From: Nemertoderma westbladi
Lineage: Eukaryota > Animalia > Xenacoelomorpha
Assembly: GCA_032718475.1 (NCBI GenBank)
Contig: JAUCBJ010004173.1
Span: 1-53,587 of the forward strand
DNA: 53,587 bases
Direction: 5' to 3'
Every line of letters begins with the position of its first letter. Position 1 is the first letter of the stretch. The notes under the pieces are model-generated. The model saw only the letters and a program-made list of their open reading frames with translations, was not told the origin of the DNA and did no database searches. The position numbers were made by a program, and so were the translations under genes. Shown piece by piece: positions 1 through 11,491 of the stretch.

Positions 1-52
1 TAGTAAAGTGATTATTTTATGTAGGCCTACTTACTGTATTATTATTATTTTA

Positions 53-1014
53 TCTAATCTAATATACCGATATATAAAAATCAATTGTCTGTGTGTCTGT
101 TTGTCATCGGCTATACAAGCAAACCCATTTCGATGAAATCTCGCTTACTATAACTCGTTAGAAAGGTCTCGCCCTAACACGTTGCAACGTGATATTCAGA
201 GCCGTCTGAAGTTCCACCATCTGCCGCTAGAGGGTGAATTGCCTTAAGTGAAAATCTTCTCTAACTTTGTTATTTACAATCCGTTTAAGATAAAACTTTG
301 CAGGTGTCTAATTTAGCAAAGGCTGCATTTTTACAGATGCCGCTAGAGGGTGAAATCACTGAAAGTGACCACCTTCTCCAACTTTGTTATTTACAATCCG
401 TTTAGACTGGTACTTGGTAGGCATATATTACAGCATAGGCTATATCTTTACGGAGTCTTAAGAGTCGTATACGGTTCCCCTGTCTGCCGCTAGAGGACGA
501 ATTGTCTGATAGTGAAAAACTGATCTCATTTCGTTGTTTTTAATTATTTTCAGCTGAAACTTGGTAGGCATCTACTACAGCATAGGCTCAATCTTTACGG
601 AGTCGCTGAGTCGTCTATAGTTCCCCATTCTTCAGCTAGAGGGCGAAATGTCTCAAAGTGAACAATTTCTCGAAATTTTGTTATTTACATCTGTTTAAGC
701 TGAAACCTGACAAGCAGGCATCTTACTTCACTTTACCATAAACTCCATCTTTACAGAACTGCAGCGGGCAGCGCCATCTGCATTTCACCAGTCGCAGTCT
801 GCAGGTAGAGGGTAAAATGTCCGAAAGTGATCATTTTCTCGAAATTAGGTTATTTACAATAAGCCGAAGCTAAAGTTGAAACTTGACAGTTATATCCTAT
901 GGGGTGGTGTTTTATTTTATGATGGTGTCTGTTTCGTTGTAGTTCTCCAATCTGCGACACACTTCTCCTCACGTATTCAAATATCACGTGCTCGCTCATG
1001 CACAGGCTTTCTAG
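53..1014 (+). mobile_element. Non-autonomous Helitron-like element with internal degenerate ~120-150 bp tandem repeats
   Basis: Starts A|TC with a TATATAAAAA and GTCT-type tract; ends with a GTGC..GCAC hairpin then CTAG|T (1011-1015). The internal motif ccgctagagggtgaa...aagtga...ttgttatttacaat recurs about five times. Confidence 0.65.
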
Positions 1015-1253
1015 TTATACTATATTACTGATTTTAAAAAATCCCAAGATTTCGCAGTTTTGGAAGTAGAGCCCGGGAAGATAGGCCTACACTATCATGT
1101 CTGAATGTCGCGAGACGCAAACAATATCCATGGATTTCTGTTTTATTAAGTAACATGACACGCCCACAAAGTAGGTTTCTAATATTCAGTTTGACATTGT
1201 GTTTCAAAATATTGGTTACACATTTTAATCATCTGTTCTAAATCAAATTTTTG

Positions 1254-1393
1254 ATTCGCCATCAAGTAAGAGTACGTCGTTCTGTATTTGATTCCATGTT
1301 TTTCATCATATCCTACTTAATAATCGTATAGTCGCGATACAGAAAGTAATAAACTGTAGGCCAAGTTTAATATCTTCAGCGTGGTGGGTGGGA
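1254..1393 (+). repeat. 140-bp direct repeat, left copy (target-site duplication of RTE LINE)
   Basis: Matches 3241-3380 with about 4 mismatches and abuts the (TAG)n tail of the LINE. Confidence 0.9.
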
Positions 1394-3240
1394 CTACTAC
1401 TACTACTAGGATCGGCATGCTGCATTGCAGCTGCATTTTTAAGAATGCTGTGCCGGCTTGTCAACAAAATTGCACCGCCACAACTCCCTATCACCCATGA
1501 CATTTGCTAGATCATCCGCATCTTTAAGGCCAGTGTCCTTTAAGATGCGTCTCAAGAAAGTCATGGGCTGTCCACCATGCTTATTCACTCCATGAGGCTG
1601 CCAAAGTACAAGATTATGCACTGGCTGGTCCTCACGGCGAAAGCAATGTCCTGCAAAGCGGAGGCGATTTTGTTCTAGTGTCAAGCTTGGGGGAACCAAT
1701 GAGACACCTCCAATGTTATATAGTGTCTGGTTGGAGATGTGTGCATTGTACTTGACACAATGTACCCGGCGTAGCATTCTTGTGAATGTGCCATCCAGAG
1801 ATTTGGTGTCCTCAGCAGTTAGAGCCCAGCATGGACTCCCGTAGAGGAGTACTGGAACTGCTGCTGCTCTAAATAATCGGACCTTAAGTTTCCGATTAAT
1901 TCTAGGTGACTTCCAAATCCTGGAAAGCCTATTCAAGGCTGCCCATGCCTTTCCCTTACGTATTCGAAGGTCCTCACCTGACTTCCGGATCCATGATCCC
2001 AGGTAACAGAAGTCGTCCACATGCTCAAGCATACCATCCTTTGAGCTTATGCTCATCCGATCAGAGACTTGCTGAGGACTTTCAAAGTTAACTGTCAGAA
2101 TTTTGGTCTTTCTGGAGTTAATAAAAAGACCAACACTAGAAGCAGCATGTTCTAATGAGCTGAGGAGCCGCTGGGCTCCCTCTAATGATTCTGAGAGTAC
2201 TCCTAAGTCATCAGCAAAGTCTAGATCAGTTAGGTACTTGGCAGGATTTCCTCGACTTCTGGAGCCAGTAGGTGGAATTATCATCACCCCATCATCATTA
2301 TGATGATCTAAGGACATGCGTAGAACATAGTCAACCACAATAATGAACAAGAATGGTGCAAGTGTGTCTCCTTGGAGGACGCCCCATAACACTTCAAATG
2401 GTTCTGTGTCACCGTCAACAGTAGACACAAATGTTGTCGAACCATCGTATACTGATATGATTGCTGCAATAATTTCATCAGGAATCCCATATAATGAAAG
2501 TATGCTGAACATACGTGAGCGAGAGACTGAATCAAAGGCCTTGAAGAAGTCAACAAAGATAACAGCCAGATGCCTGTCTTTCTTTTTTGATAACTCTTCA
2601 ATTATCCTTCTAAGTTCCAAAATGGGCTCCATGGTCCCACGACCTTTACGGAACCCATTCTGATTTCCACGGAGCAGTCTCTCAATGGGATCCCTGATGC
2701 GATTTAATAGAATCCTATTGTATAGCTTTGCAGCAATCGAGATCAAGGAGATTCCCCGAAAAGAACCATAGAGTGTTAGGTTGCCCTTCTTGGGAACTGG
2801 CACCAACTTATTTGTTTTCATTTCTTGTGGGACTCTTGTTGTACGGTACATGTCTACTATGATGGGATAGATGAGCTTTAAACACTCAGGTATTTTAAAG
2901 ACCTCAGGGGGAACACAATCTACTCCACTGGCACGATTGGTCTTAATGCTCTTTGCAGCAGCCTTCACTTCTGCAAAGGAGATATCGCCAATGGGAATAT
3001 CTGGGAGTACAGACTCAGACACTTTTACTTCTATAAAGTTATCAGGCAATACCCTGTCATTATTGAGCAGCTTTTCAAAGTGGGCTTTCCAACCATTGAG
3101 GCGATCGGCTGGTGATTCAGCCTTAACCTTGGTGGTTGGTTGGCTTTTCCGCCCAGTAAGCAGATTGATCGATTTCCATGCCTGGGATGATTGCCTGCTG
3201 TCGTCAGCATCATTGATGGCATCAACCTGTTGGTTTATCC
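1394..3240 (-). mobile_element. 5'-truncated RTE-clade non-LTR retrotransposon
   Basis: RT ORF, short 3' UTR, (TAG)n tail at ~1394-1409, flanked by 140-bp direct repeats. Confidence 0.9.
1439..3049 (-). CDS. RTE-type LINE reverse transcriptase (frame stays open upstream to the truncation point near 3240)
   Basis: RT motifs FRGISLISIAAKLYNRILLNRI, QNGFRKGRGT, FVDFFKAFDSV, GVLQGDTLAPFLF, DLDFADD; RTE-type C-terminal LLYGSPCWAL and RLRFAGHC. Confidence 0.9.
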   Translation of the reverse strand: MPDNFIEVKVSESVLPDIPIGDISFAEVKAAAKSIKTNRASGVDCVPPEVFKIPECLKLIYPIIVDMYRTTRVPQEMKTNKLVPVPKKGNLTLYGSFRGISLISIAAKLYNRILLNRIRDPIERLLRGNQNGFRKGRGTMEPILELRRIIEELSKKKDRHLAVIFVDFFKAFDSVSRSRMFSILSLYGIPDEIIAAIISVYDGSTTFVSTVDGDTEPFEVLWGVLQGDTLAPFLFIIVVDYVLRMSLDHHNDDGVMIIPPTGSRSRGNPAKYLTDLDFADDLGVLSESLEGAQRLLSSLEHAASSVGLFINSRKTKILTVNFESPQQVSDRMSISSKDGMLEHVDDFCYLGSWIRKSGEDLRIRKGKAWAALNRLSRIWKSPRINRKLKVRLFRAAAVPVLLYGSPCWALTAEDTKSLDGTFTRMLRRVHCVKYNAHISNQTLYNIGGVSLVPPSLTLEQNRLRFAGHCFRREDQPVHNLVLWQPHGVNKHGGQPMTFLRRILKDTGLKDADDLANVMGDRELWRCNFVDKPAQHS

Positions 3241-3380
3241 ATTCGCCATCAAGTAAGAGTACGTCGTTCTGTATTTGATTCCATGTTTTTCATCATATCC
3301 TACTTAATAATCGTACAGTCGCGATACAGAAAGTAACAAACTGTAGGCCTAATTTAATATCTTCAGCGTGGTGGGTGGGA
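3241..3380 (+). repeat. 140-bp direct repeat, right copy (target-site duplication of RTE LINE)
   Basis: Matches 1254-1393. Confidence 0.9.
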
Positions 3381-3807
3381 ACCGGTATAAGGGGGTTGTA
3401 CACAGTATGTTCTACTCATACAGTAGCCATAAATTACAGTTGGAGTTATCCTATTAACTACTTGACTTCTAGTGCTGTGATCTAAGTAACCTTGATTCTT
3501 GTTTATGGAACACCACTTTGTAACGGTAAAACAATAACACTGAATAGTTTACCTATTCATGCAGAGAAGTACTGTATAAGGTTTATCTGAACCCAAACAC
3601 CGTATTATCTATCATAGGCAAATAAAGTTAGCCATCATTCACCTGACTTGAAATTAATCGAATGCATAACTAATGAATCACTTCAAGGTTTTGAACGAAT
3701 TTTGAATTATTATACATATTTAATCATAGAATAATAAGTTCTAGAACTGCATATACATATATTTGCATTTTATATAAATGCACCTAACACATTTCCTAAT
3801 ATTTCAG

Positions 3808-3985
3808 AGTATTTGAGTATATAATTTACGATGTTGGGAGTTGGAAATGGAGAAGTAATCGAATGTTACTAAACAGCGGTCTGCTATTCGCTAGTAAACA
3901 CCCAATAGATTGCGTAGAATTTCGTTATTTCAGTCAGAGTCGTGCTGAAGATAGGTTTGCCTCTAAGGGATTACTTATGGTAAAG
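3808..3985 (+). CDS. SMPD3: Neutral sphingomyelinase (SMPD3/SMPD5 family) internal exon; earlier exons lie outside the window
   Basis: ttcag| acceptor and |gtaag donor. Translates VFEYIIYDVGSWKWRSNRMLLNSGLLFASKHPIDCVEFRYFSQSRAEDRFASKGLLMVK, with the nSMase NSGL.FAS..PI and ASKG motifs. Ends in phase 0. Confidence 0.88.
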
Positions 3986-4021
3986 GTAAGTATTTATTAT
4001 TTACAAAACCTGCTCTAAAGC

Positions 4022-4202
4022 GGGTGTAAACGCTACGCCGACAACCATTTAAAACGCGAATTAATGCTAATTATACACTGAGGGAAAGGAACAGATTACA
4101 GTGGAAGGTTATTCGAACCAAAACAATAAACGAGAGTGGTTACAGCTCCATATTTGTCATTGTCGGCAGTGGTTGTCGACTGTCGGTGTAGCGTTTACAC
4201 CC
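4022..4202. mobile_element. MITE, Mutator-like (181 bp)
   Basis: TIRs gggtgtaaacgctacgccgaca / tgtcggtgtagcgtttacaccc; 9-bp TSD ctctaaagc at 4013-4021 and 4203-4211. Confidence 0.85.
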
Positions 4203-6951
4203 CTCTAAAGCTATGACTTAAGAAAAGTCAAAAGTCAGCCGAAAAGATGTTGTCAGAATGTCAGTTTTGTTGAAAATACGTTTTTGATAGTGTAGGCCCA
4301 ACAAGCTATACACAGTGAAAAACTGAAAAACATCATACAGTAAATAGGCCAAGTGTTAGTAGACTACACTATGGTTTGGGTCATACATAATATATCAATA
4401 AGAATGAGGCGGGGGTCTGTAGTGTTGCCCCCCCCCCCCCCCCCCCCCTGGAATTAAATGGTTGAAAACAATTCGAGAAGATGGTGAAAAGATAATGTGA
4501 CGGAAAAATTAAAATCAAGCAAAAGACCAAATAATGAAGAAAGGAGAGCGACGAATGAGAGTAAATAAAGAGTTATAATGTATCTATTGCTGCTACGAAA
4601 AGTAATACTGCAGGACACATGTTATTAAAACATACATTTGATGGGATAGACTAAACTAACCCATCCCGCAACATTTCGGGAGCTTAATCTCTCGCAAAAC
4701 CAAATTTTAATCTCCCGATTTCGCAAATATTAATGGAGAAAATTTAATCATTAATATTTGGTAAAAGAAAAACCAAGTAAGAAAAACTTACTTTAATTTT
4801 AACTTAAAACAAAAATTTAACTTTAATTTTCAAAAAAACCTCAATATTTTAATCAACGATAATATAATAATTTCCGTAGGTGCTTCTTTGTAATTGTCCA
4901 TAATTTGAATATATTTCACATGTAATTTAGTAGCCTATGAGTTATAATGGTACCGGTACTGCACGATACCGCACGGTACTGCACGATACCGCACGGTACT
5001 CAATATTGACCTAATTTCTGACCTAAATCTGTACCATTTGAGTTAATGTTTCATTCTTTATATTGAGGCAAAGTCATTATGATTACCCCAAATTAATACA
5101 TCTTGATCTTAAAAATTTATTATTGTAAATGCAAGGTTCAGGTTGCCTAGGTGACTATAGAGTATGCAGGTCTACCAACCGAAAGAGCGTAATTGAAGCC
5201 GGACGAGAACAGACAGTTTGTTAACTATAAGGAACCACTCGCAACCCACCCTACTGTATAGGGTGCCTGGCATCTATGGGGAGTGAGGGATAGTGTTGGA
5301 AATTGGTAGTGAGAGTATCCAACCTTGGAAGTTAGTGTGGCGCGCTCCTTGCTTAAATAAAATAAATGTAACAGAACTGCCAAGAAAGAGGAGCCATCGG
5401 GTTGCCTCCGGTAATTCAGGTTACACGTTTCCCAACATATACGTATGCATTAAGATTAGTGGCCCAATCAACTAGAGAACTGAGAGTTAACGACGGCTAT
5501 TTTGTATTTTGCAATAATAATTATTTTTGAAACAAATTAATAATTGTCTTAGATGCAAATTATACTCTGAGAAATAAATGGAATCTCATGGTACACAGTT
5601 TGCGTACATCTCTTTCTAGCTGCATAACACCTTCTTTGTGTACTTTTATTACTGCCATGCCCCTTGCTCCTATAGCAACAGTAAACGCATTATATACATA
5701 GCGAAATGTATTTATTTCAAAATATCTGGGAAATTCCAGTTGTAAAATAAAGTGATAGTTATAATACAATAATCAGTTGTATTTAAAAGTGATAATATAT
5801 TATTCATTTATACTTGAACATGAACAAACGATGAAAGAAACCACCTAAGTAAAATTGGAAGAATGTTTCAATTCGAAAAGCAAAATTATGTATTAAAGTT
5901 AAAGTAATAAGTCAACCATTCTGAAATCTCTTTGTTCTAAAAGGCATATTTTTTTATAATATTCCGTGAATGTCAGGCAACTAATAATTTAAAATAACTT
6001 GAATTCAATACATTTCTTTCAATTTATGCGTTTCAATCGTTATTTTTTTAATAAATAAAATTAATTATTAAATTTAAAAGGTAAAGATTTTCAATCTACA
6101 AAAATAGGTTCTAATATTTTCGTCACATATAATGACATTGATTTCTTAACATTTTGTTTACAATTCGGTCCTGGTAGTACAATATCCGCACAATTCGGTC
6201 CCATTAATATGCAGTTTTGGGACAATTGTCATGTTTGACAGGATTGGCTTAAAATAATTACGGCCACAAACAAACACATATAAATTATATAGCGCACTAT
6301 TATGCCGTAAACAGGTTATTTTTGTAACTCTACTCTAACTAAAGTATCTCTATGATACTGTAGTGTATCCAAAAAAAATATTGACATAAAATTACAATTT
6401 ATAGAACAAATTATTCATCGCAAATAAATAAGGCACTTTAAATAAATGTGAGGTAGCCATAGGTTAAACAGGTGATACTTAATATATATTTATCCTATTT
6501 ATTATCAATATCCGTTCTATTAAAGTAATATTAATATGTACCGGTACTTGAGGTAAATGAAATAAAAATAAATTACAATACATATAAAGGCTGACATCAC
6601 AGCATTATTACGGTAATCAATATATTTGAGGAATTTAGTTCTAAAATACTTCCAGAAAAGCAGCTGATCCGGCCAACTTACAATCCGAAACTAACAACAA
6701 CATTATTAAACAGTCTAAGTATAGACGGCCTATAATAAAATAAATTGTGCAATAAAAATATCTCTAATTGTTTTGTCGTGGTTTGCTGATTCGCAATTAA
6801 ATAAACTTTATAAATTAAGTGAATAAAAATAAAACATATTTGGAAAGGCGAAACGATCCGAAACCGACGCGAACCGAAAATTAAGAAGTAAAAAAAGAAG
6901 AAAGGATGACTGCGTATGAATAAACCTGTGTGGGAAGCAATCCGCGCCGTT

Positions 6952-7791
<840 letters not shown>

Positions 7792-8567
7792 TTAGATTAC
7801 GGATAGGCCTATGAACAGCAGAGAATTGGCTCGGTTAGGCTACAGGTTATACAGTTATAGGGTAAAATGGTTTTGGACATTGGACCTAATTTGAGAGAAA
7901 GCTCACTTTGCAGCTTTGCCTCATGAGTAGGCCTATTCGAGATCGAGAGGCCAAAAAAAATACATAATCTGCCTAATTACAGAATTAAGAGGCAAATTAT
8001 GTATCGATTCATCATAGCAATTACTGATTGGGGTTAAGTTTTGCAAATCAGCAAATGATTTTAGAGATAGCTCTGCCATGTGTGCTGGACCTGGAGTGTG
8101 GTGTGGAGTGGGGTAAATTGAGCTACTTGTGTGCTCTAACTGCCAGACTGCTGAACTGTCTAAACAAAAGATAAAATGTTCATATTTCTGTATTTAATAC
8201 AGTCAGACAGTACTGCAGTAATACTGTACAGCTGTAATATGCAAATTATGTTTTAATTTATGTGAGATGGCAGATGCTGAGATGGTTTAGAGCAATACAG
8301 CAATAACTGAATAGGCCTAATGCAGTGCAGAAAGGAATGCATTGGCAATTCCTCATTCAGTCATTGTCAGATTGTGATATTAACTATTTTGAAAACACGA
8401 AAAACTGCAAAAGTACTGGCTGACTGGTAGCTCACTTCACCCCAGTTTACCCTACAGGTTATCCTGTTATCGCTTTCAGTACACTGGTACAGCTGCAGTC
8501 AGGCAGTATACTGGTACTGTGGTATGGGCCTGTCCACTGTCTACAGGTCTGCCTGTCTGCCTGTAGG

Positions 8568-10169
8568 CAGTTGGGGAAAGATGCTTATTTAGGCAGTCCG
8601 GTCGGACTTCCTAATTAAGAACCGAGCTGCCTATATCAGTATATAGGCAATTTTCGTCGTTTTTGCGATAAATTTGATGATTTAAACCACTTAAACGCAA
8701 ATTGGCATATGAAGAATTTTACGTAATTGATAGATACACCTGTCACTCAACTACTGAGAAAAAATTAGAAAAATCCATCTAAGCTTCTTTGATCTATTAT
8801 CAATATAAGATTTACAGTTCTAGTATAATTACCAGTGGCTAAAAATCACATGGCCGCGAGGCCTGAATAGGAAAATTTTCAAGGATGCCAGGTTCCTAAA
8901 TAATAGGGCTCGATCGGAGCTCCGGCCTCCGGCTCCGGCTCCGGCCATTTTGGCACCTCCGGCTCCTGCTCCGGCTCCGGTAAAAATATTGCCGGAGTTA
9001 ATTTTTTAATAAAGTATTATATTTCGTGCATATTCTAATCTGAACAATTATTTAACACTATAAGTACTGTAGTACAGCTTCAATATCAAGAATAATCTGA
9101 TAATACTGCAGTATTTACTTAAAGTCAATGACTGACTGACTGTACCGCAGTACTGGTACTGGCCAGCTGGCTGACTAGCAGACTATTACAGATAGGCCCT
9201 ACTGTAAAAAATTGTAAATGCTATGATTGTACACTGTCAGACTGTACCACTGCAGCCATTTACTGCTGTCATGTCAGCTGGTCAGCATACTGTACTGCAG
9301 TACTGGCAGACTGGTACACGTACGGTAGGCTACCTACAGTACACGCCTCTACCACAGTTAGACAGTTAGGCCCCTAGTGAGTTAGGTACTGTGGGTAATT
9401 TTTAGCCGTCAGCGTCAGCTGTCCGTGATAAATTAATTACTTAAATTTTAAATTGAAAATTCGTAAATCTATAAATTATGAAATTAATTAGACCTACAGT
9501 AGGATTGATTATGAGCGATTGGCGAACGATAACCATACTTTTTTTTTTTAAATAAATAATTAAATTTTTTAAATTTTGAAAAACTCCGGCTCCTGCTCCG
9601 GCTCCGGCCAAATTGTCCAACTCCGGCTCCTGCTCCGGCTCCGGCCAAATCCCAACTCCGATCGAGCCCTACTAAATAAGAAGTTCGATGTATGTATCCT
9701 GGTATCTATAAGATATTCGCGGGTCCTAAATAAGAAGCTTACTACACATACACATCATCTTTTAAATAAGAAGCTGACATTCTAAAATAGGCAGTTCGAA
9801 TAAAAAATTCCAAGCAAAACGAGGGCTAACTGCCTATTTAAGCACCACGTTATCAATGCTGGTGTTATTATTTTAGGCACCACAGTCCACAGTCATGGGA
9901 TTTTCAGCCATTGGCAAATAAACTGAAACTGTCAATCTTATATTGATAATAGATCAAAGAAGCTTAGATAGATTTTTCTATTTTTTTCTCAGTAGTTGAG
10001 TGACAGGTATATCTCTAATATGTAAAATTCTTCATATGCCAATTTTCGTTTAAGTGGTTTAAATCATCAATTTTATCCCAAAAAATGACGAAAACTGCCT
10101 ATATAGGCAGCTCGGTTCTTATTTAGGAAGTCCGACCGGACTGCCTAAATAAGCATCTTTCCCCAACTG
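8568..10169. mobile_element. Non-autonomous DNA transposon with ~245-bp TIRs and 5-bp TSD
   Basis: cagttggggaaagatgcttatttaggcagtcc... (8568-~8812) is inverted at ~9927-10169; GTAGG duplicated at 8563-8567 and 10170-10174. Confidence 0.88.
8904..9671. mobile_element. hAT-like MITE nested in the previous element
   Basis: TIRs tagggctcgatcggag / ctccgatcgagcccta; 8-bp TSD ctaaataa (8896-8903, 9672-9679); subterminal (ctccgg)n arrays. Confidence 0.9.
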
Positions 10170-10287
10170 GTAGGCTGATAGCAGGATACTGGGATAGATA
10201 GCCTAGCGTACTGAGATTGGAGGAGACGGGGGGGGGGGGGGGGGGGACTCGACGCAAAACCCGCCATGGCGAATTAATATCCCGCCT

Positions 10288-10934
10288 CCAGACTGGAATC
10301 CATACACTTTGCGCCGGATTAATCCGGCGCACTTTGCAATAAAAGCGCGCCAATGTGCCGCATGGCGCGCTCGAAAATCGTAAAGCGCGCCGACTTTGGC
10401 GCGTGGCGCGCTCGAAAATCGTAAAGCGCGCCAGCTTTCAGCTTTGCAGCTTTGGCTGTTTGGCGCGTGGCGCTCCCAAAAATAAAAACCGGCGCCGATT
10501 TGTTAGTTTACAGGTTTAACAATTATGGAAGTGCCTTAAAAATAGCATTAGCCAGTTACGGTAGCTGTTTAAAAATTTCGGCTCGCTTCGCTCGCCTTTT
10601 TTTTTTTCTGTTGTATGGTTCAGTGGTTAGGCTACTGTTGTATTGTATACAGATATAGGGCAGCAGGGACTGGTACAGCAGTACTGACTGACATTGACAG
10701 ATTGGTTACACTCCCTCAAAATTGAATTTGCATTGGCGTGGCGCTCTTCAAAATTGTTTCAATGTGTGGCGCGCTTAAAAATTTAGTTGGCGCGGGGTTT
10801 CTTCGAAATTGCATCGGCGTGCTTAAAAATTTAGTTGGCGCGGGGTTTTTCTTCGAAATGGCATCGGCGCGCGGCGCGCATAAAAATTGGTCGGCGCGCT
10901 ATCCGGCGCACTTTTTGGATGGATTCCATACAGG
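10288..10934. mobile_element. hAT-like MITE with GCGCGC-rich subterminal repeats
   Basis: Imperfect TIRs ccagactggaatcc / ggattccatacagg; 8-bp TSD tcccgcct (10280-10287, 10935-10942). Confidence 0.75.
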
Positions 10935-11491
10935 TCCCGCCTCAATGTGAAATTATCAATTTAGGGAAAGGAGCAGGTTACAGGTACAGTCTGACAGTTC
11001 AGCAGTTGTACAATGTACAGTCTGACAGTTCTGCAGTTGTTTTGATTAGATTCAACCCTTCTGCTAGTCTGCTTCTGTAACCTGGGTTTTTAGTGAAAAG
11101 TTTAGTAGGCCTAGGTACCGTACTGCTGTACTGCAGTACCGGTACCGTTAGTGCATAGTGTAAGTAATAATAAAGCAGATGGAAAGCAAGGCCTACATGG
11201 AAAGTTAGTCAGTACCAGAGTACAGTACAGTACAGTTTAGTACACAGGGTACAGTAGTACAGTACCGGTAGTAATACAGTCTGACAGTACTGCAGTAATA
11301 AATATAAGGTAAAAGTTCCCAGTAGGCTTCTACCTCTGTACCTGTCTACCTGCTGACCTGCCTTCTGTCTACAGCCCCACGATTAATTTTGCTGACATCC
11401 AATAGGTGATAGGTAAGTGACCTTTGCAAGCAATGATGTATGTAATTTTGTTACATTTATGTCAACTTATCAGAGTTCGGTATGTCTGTGT

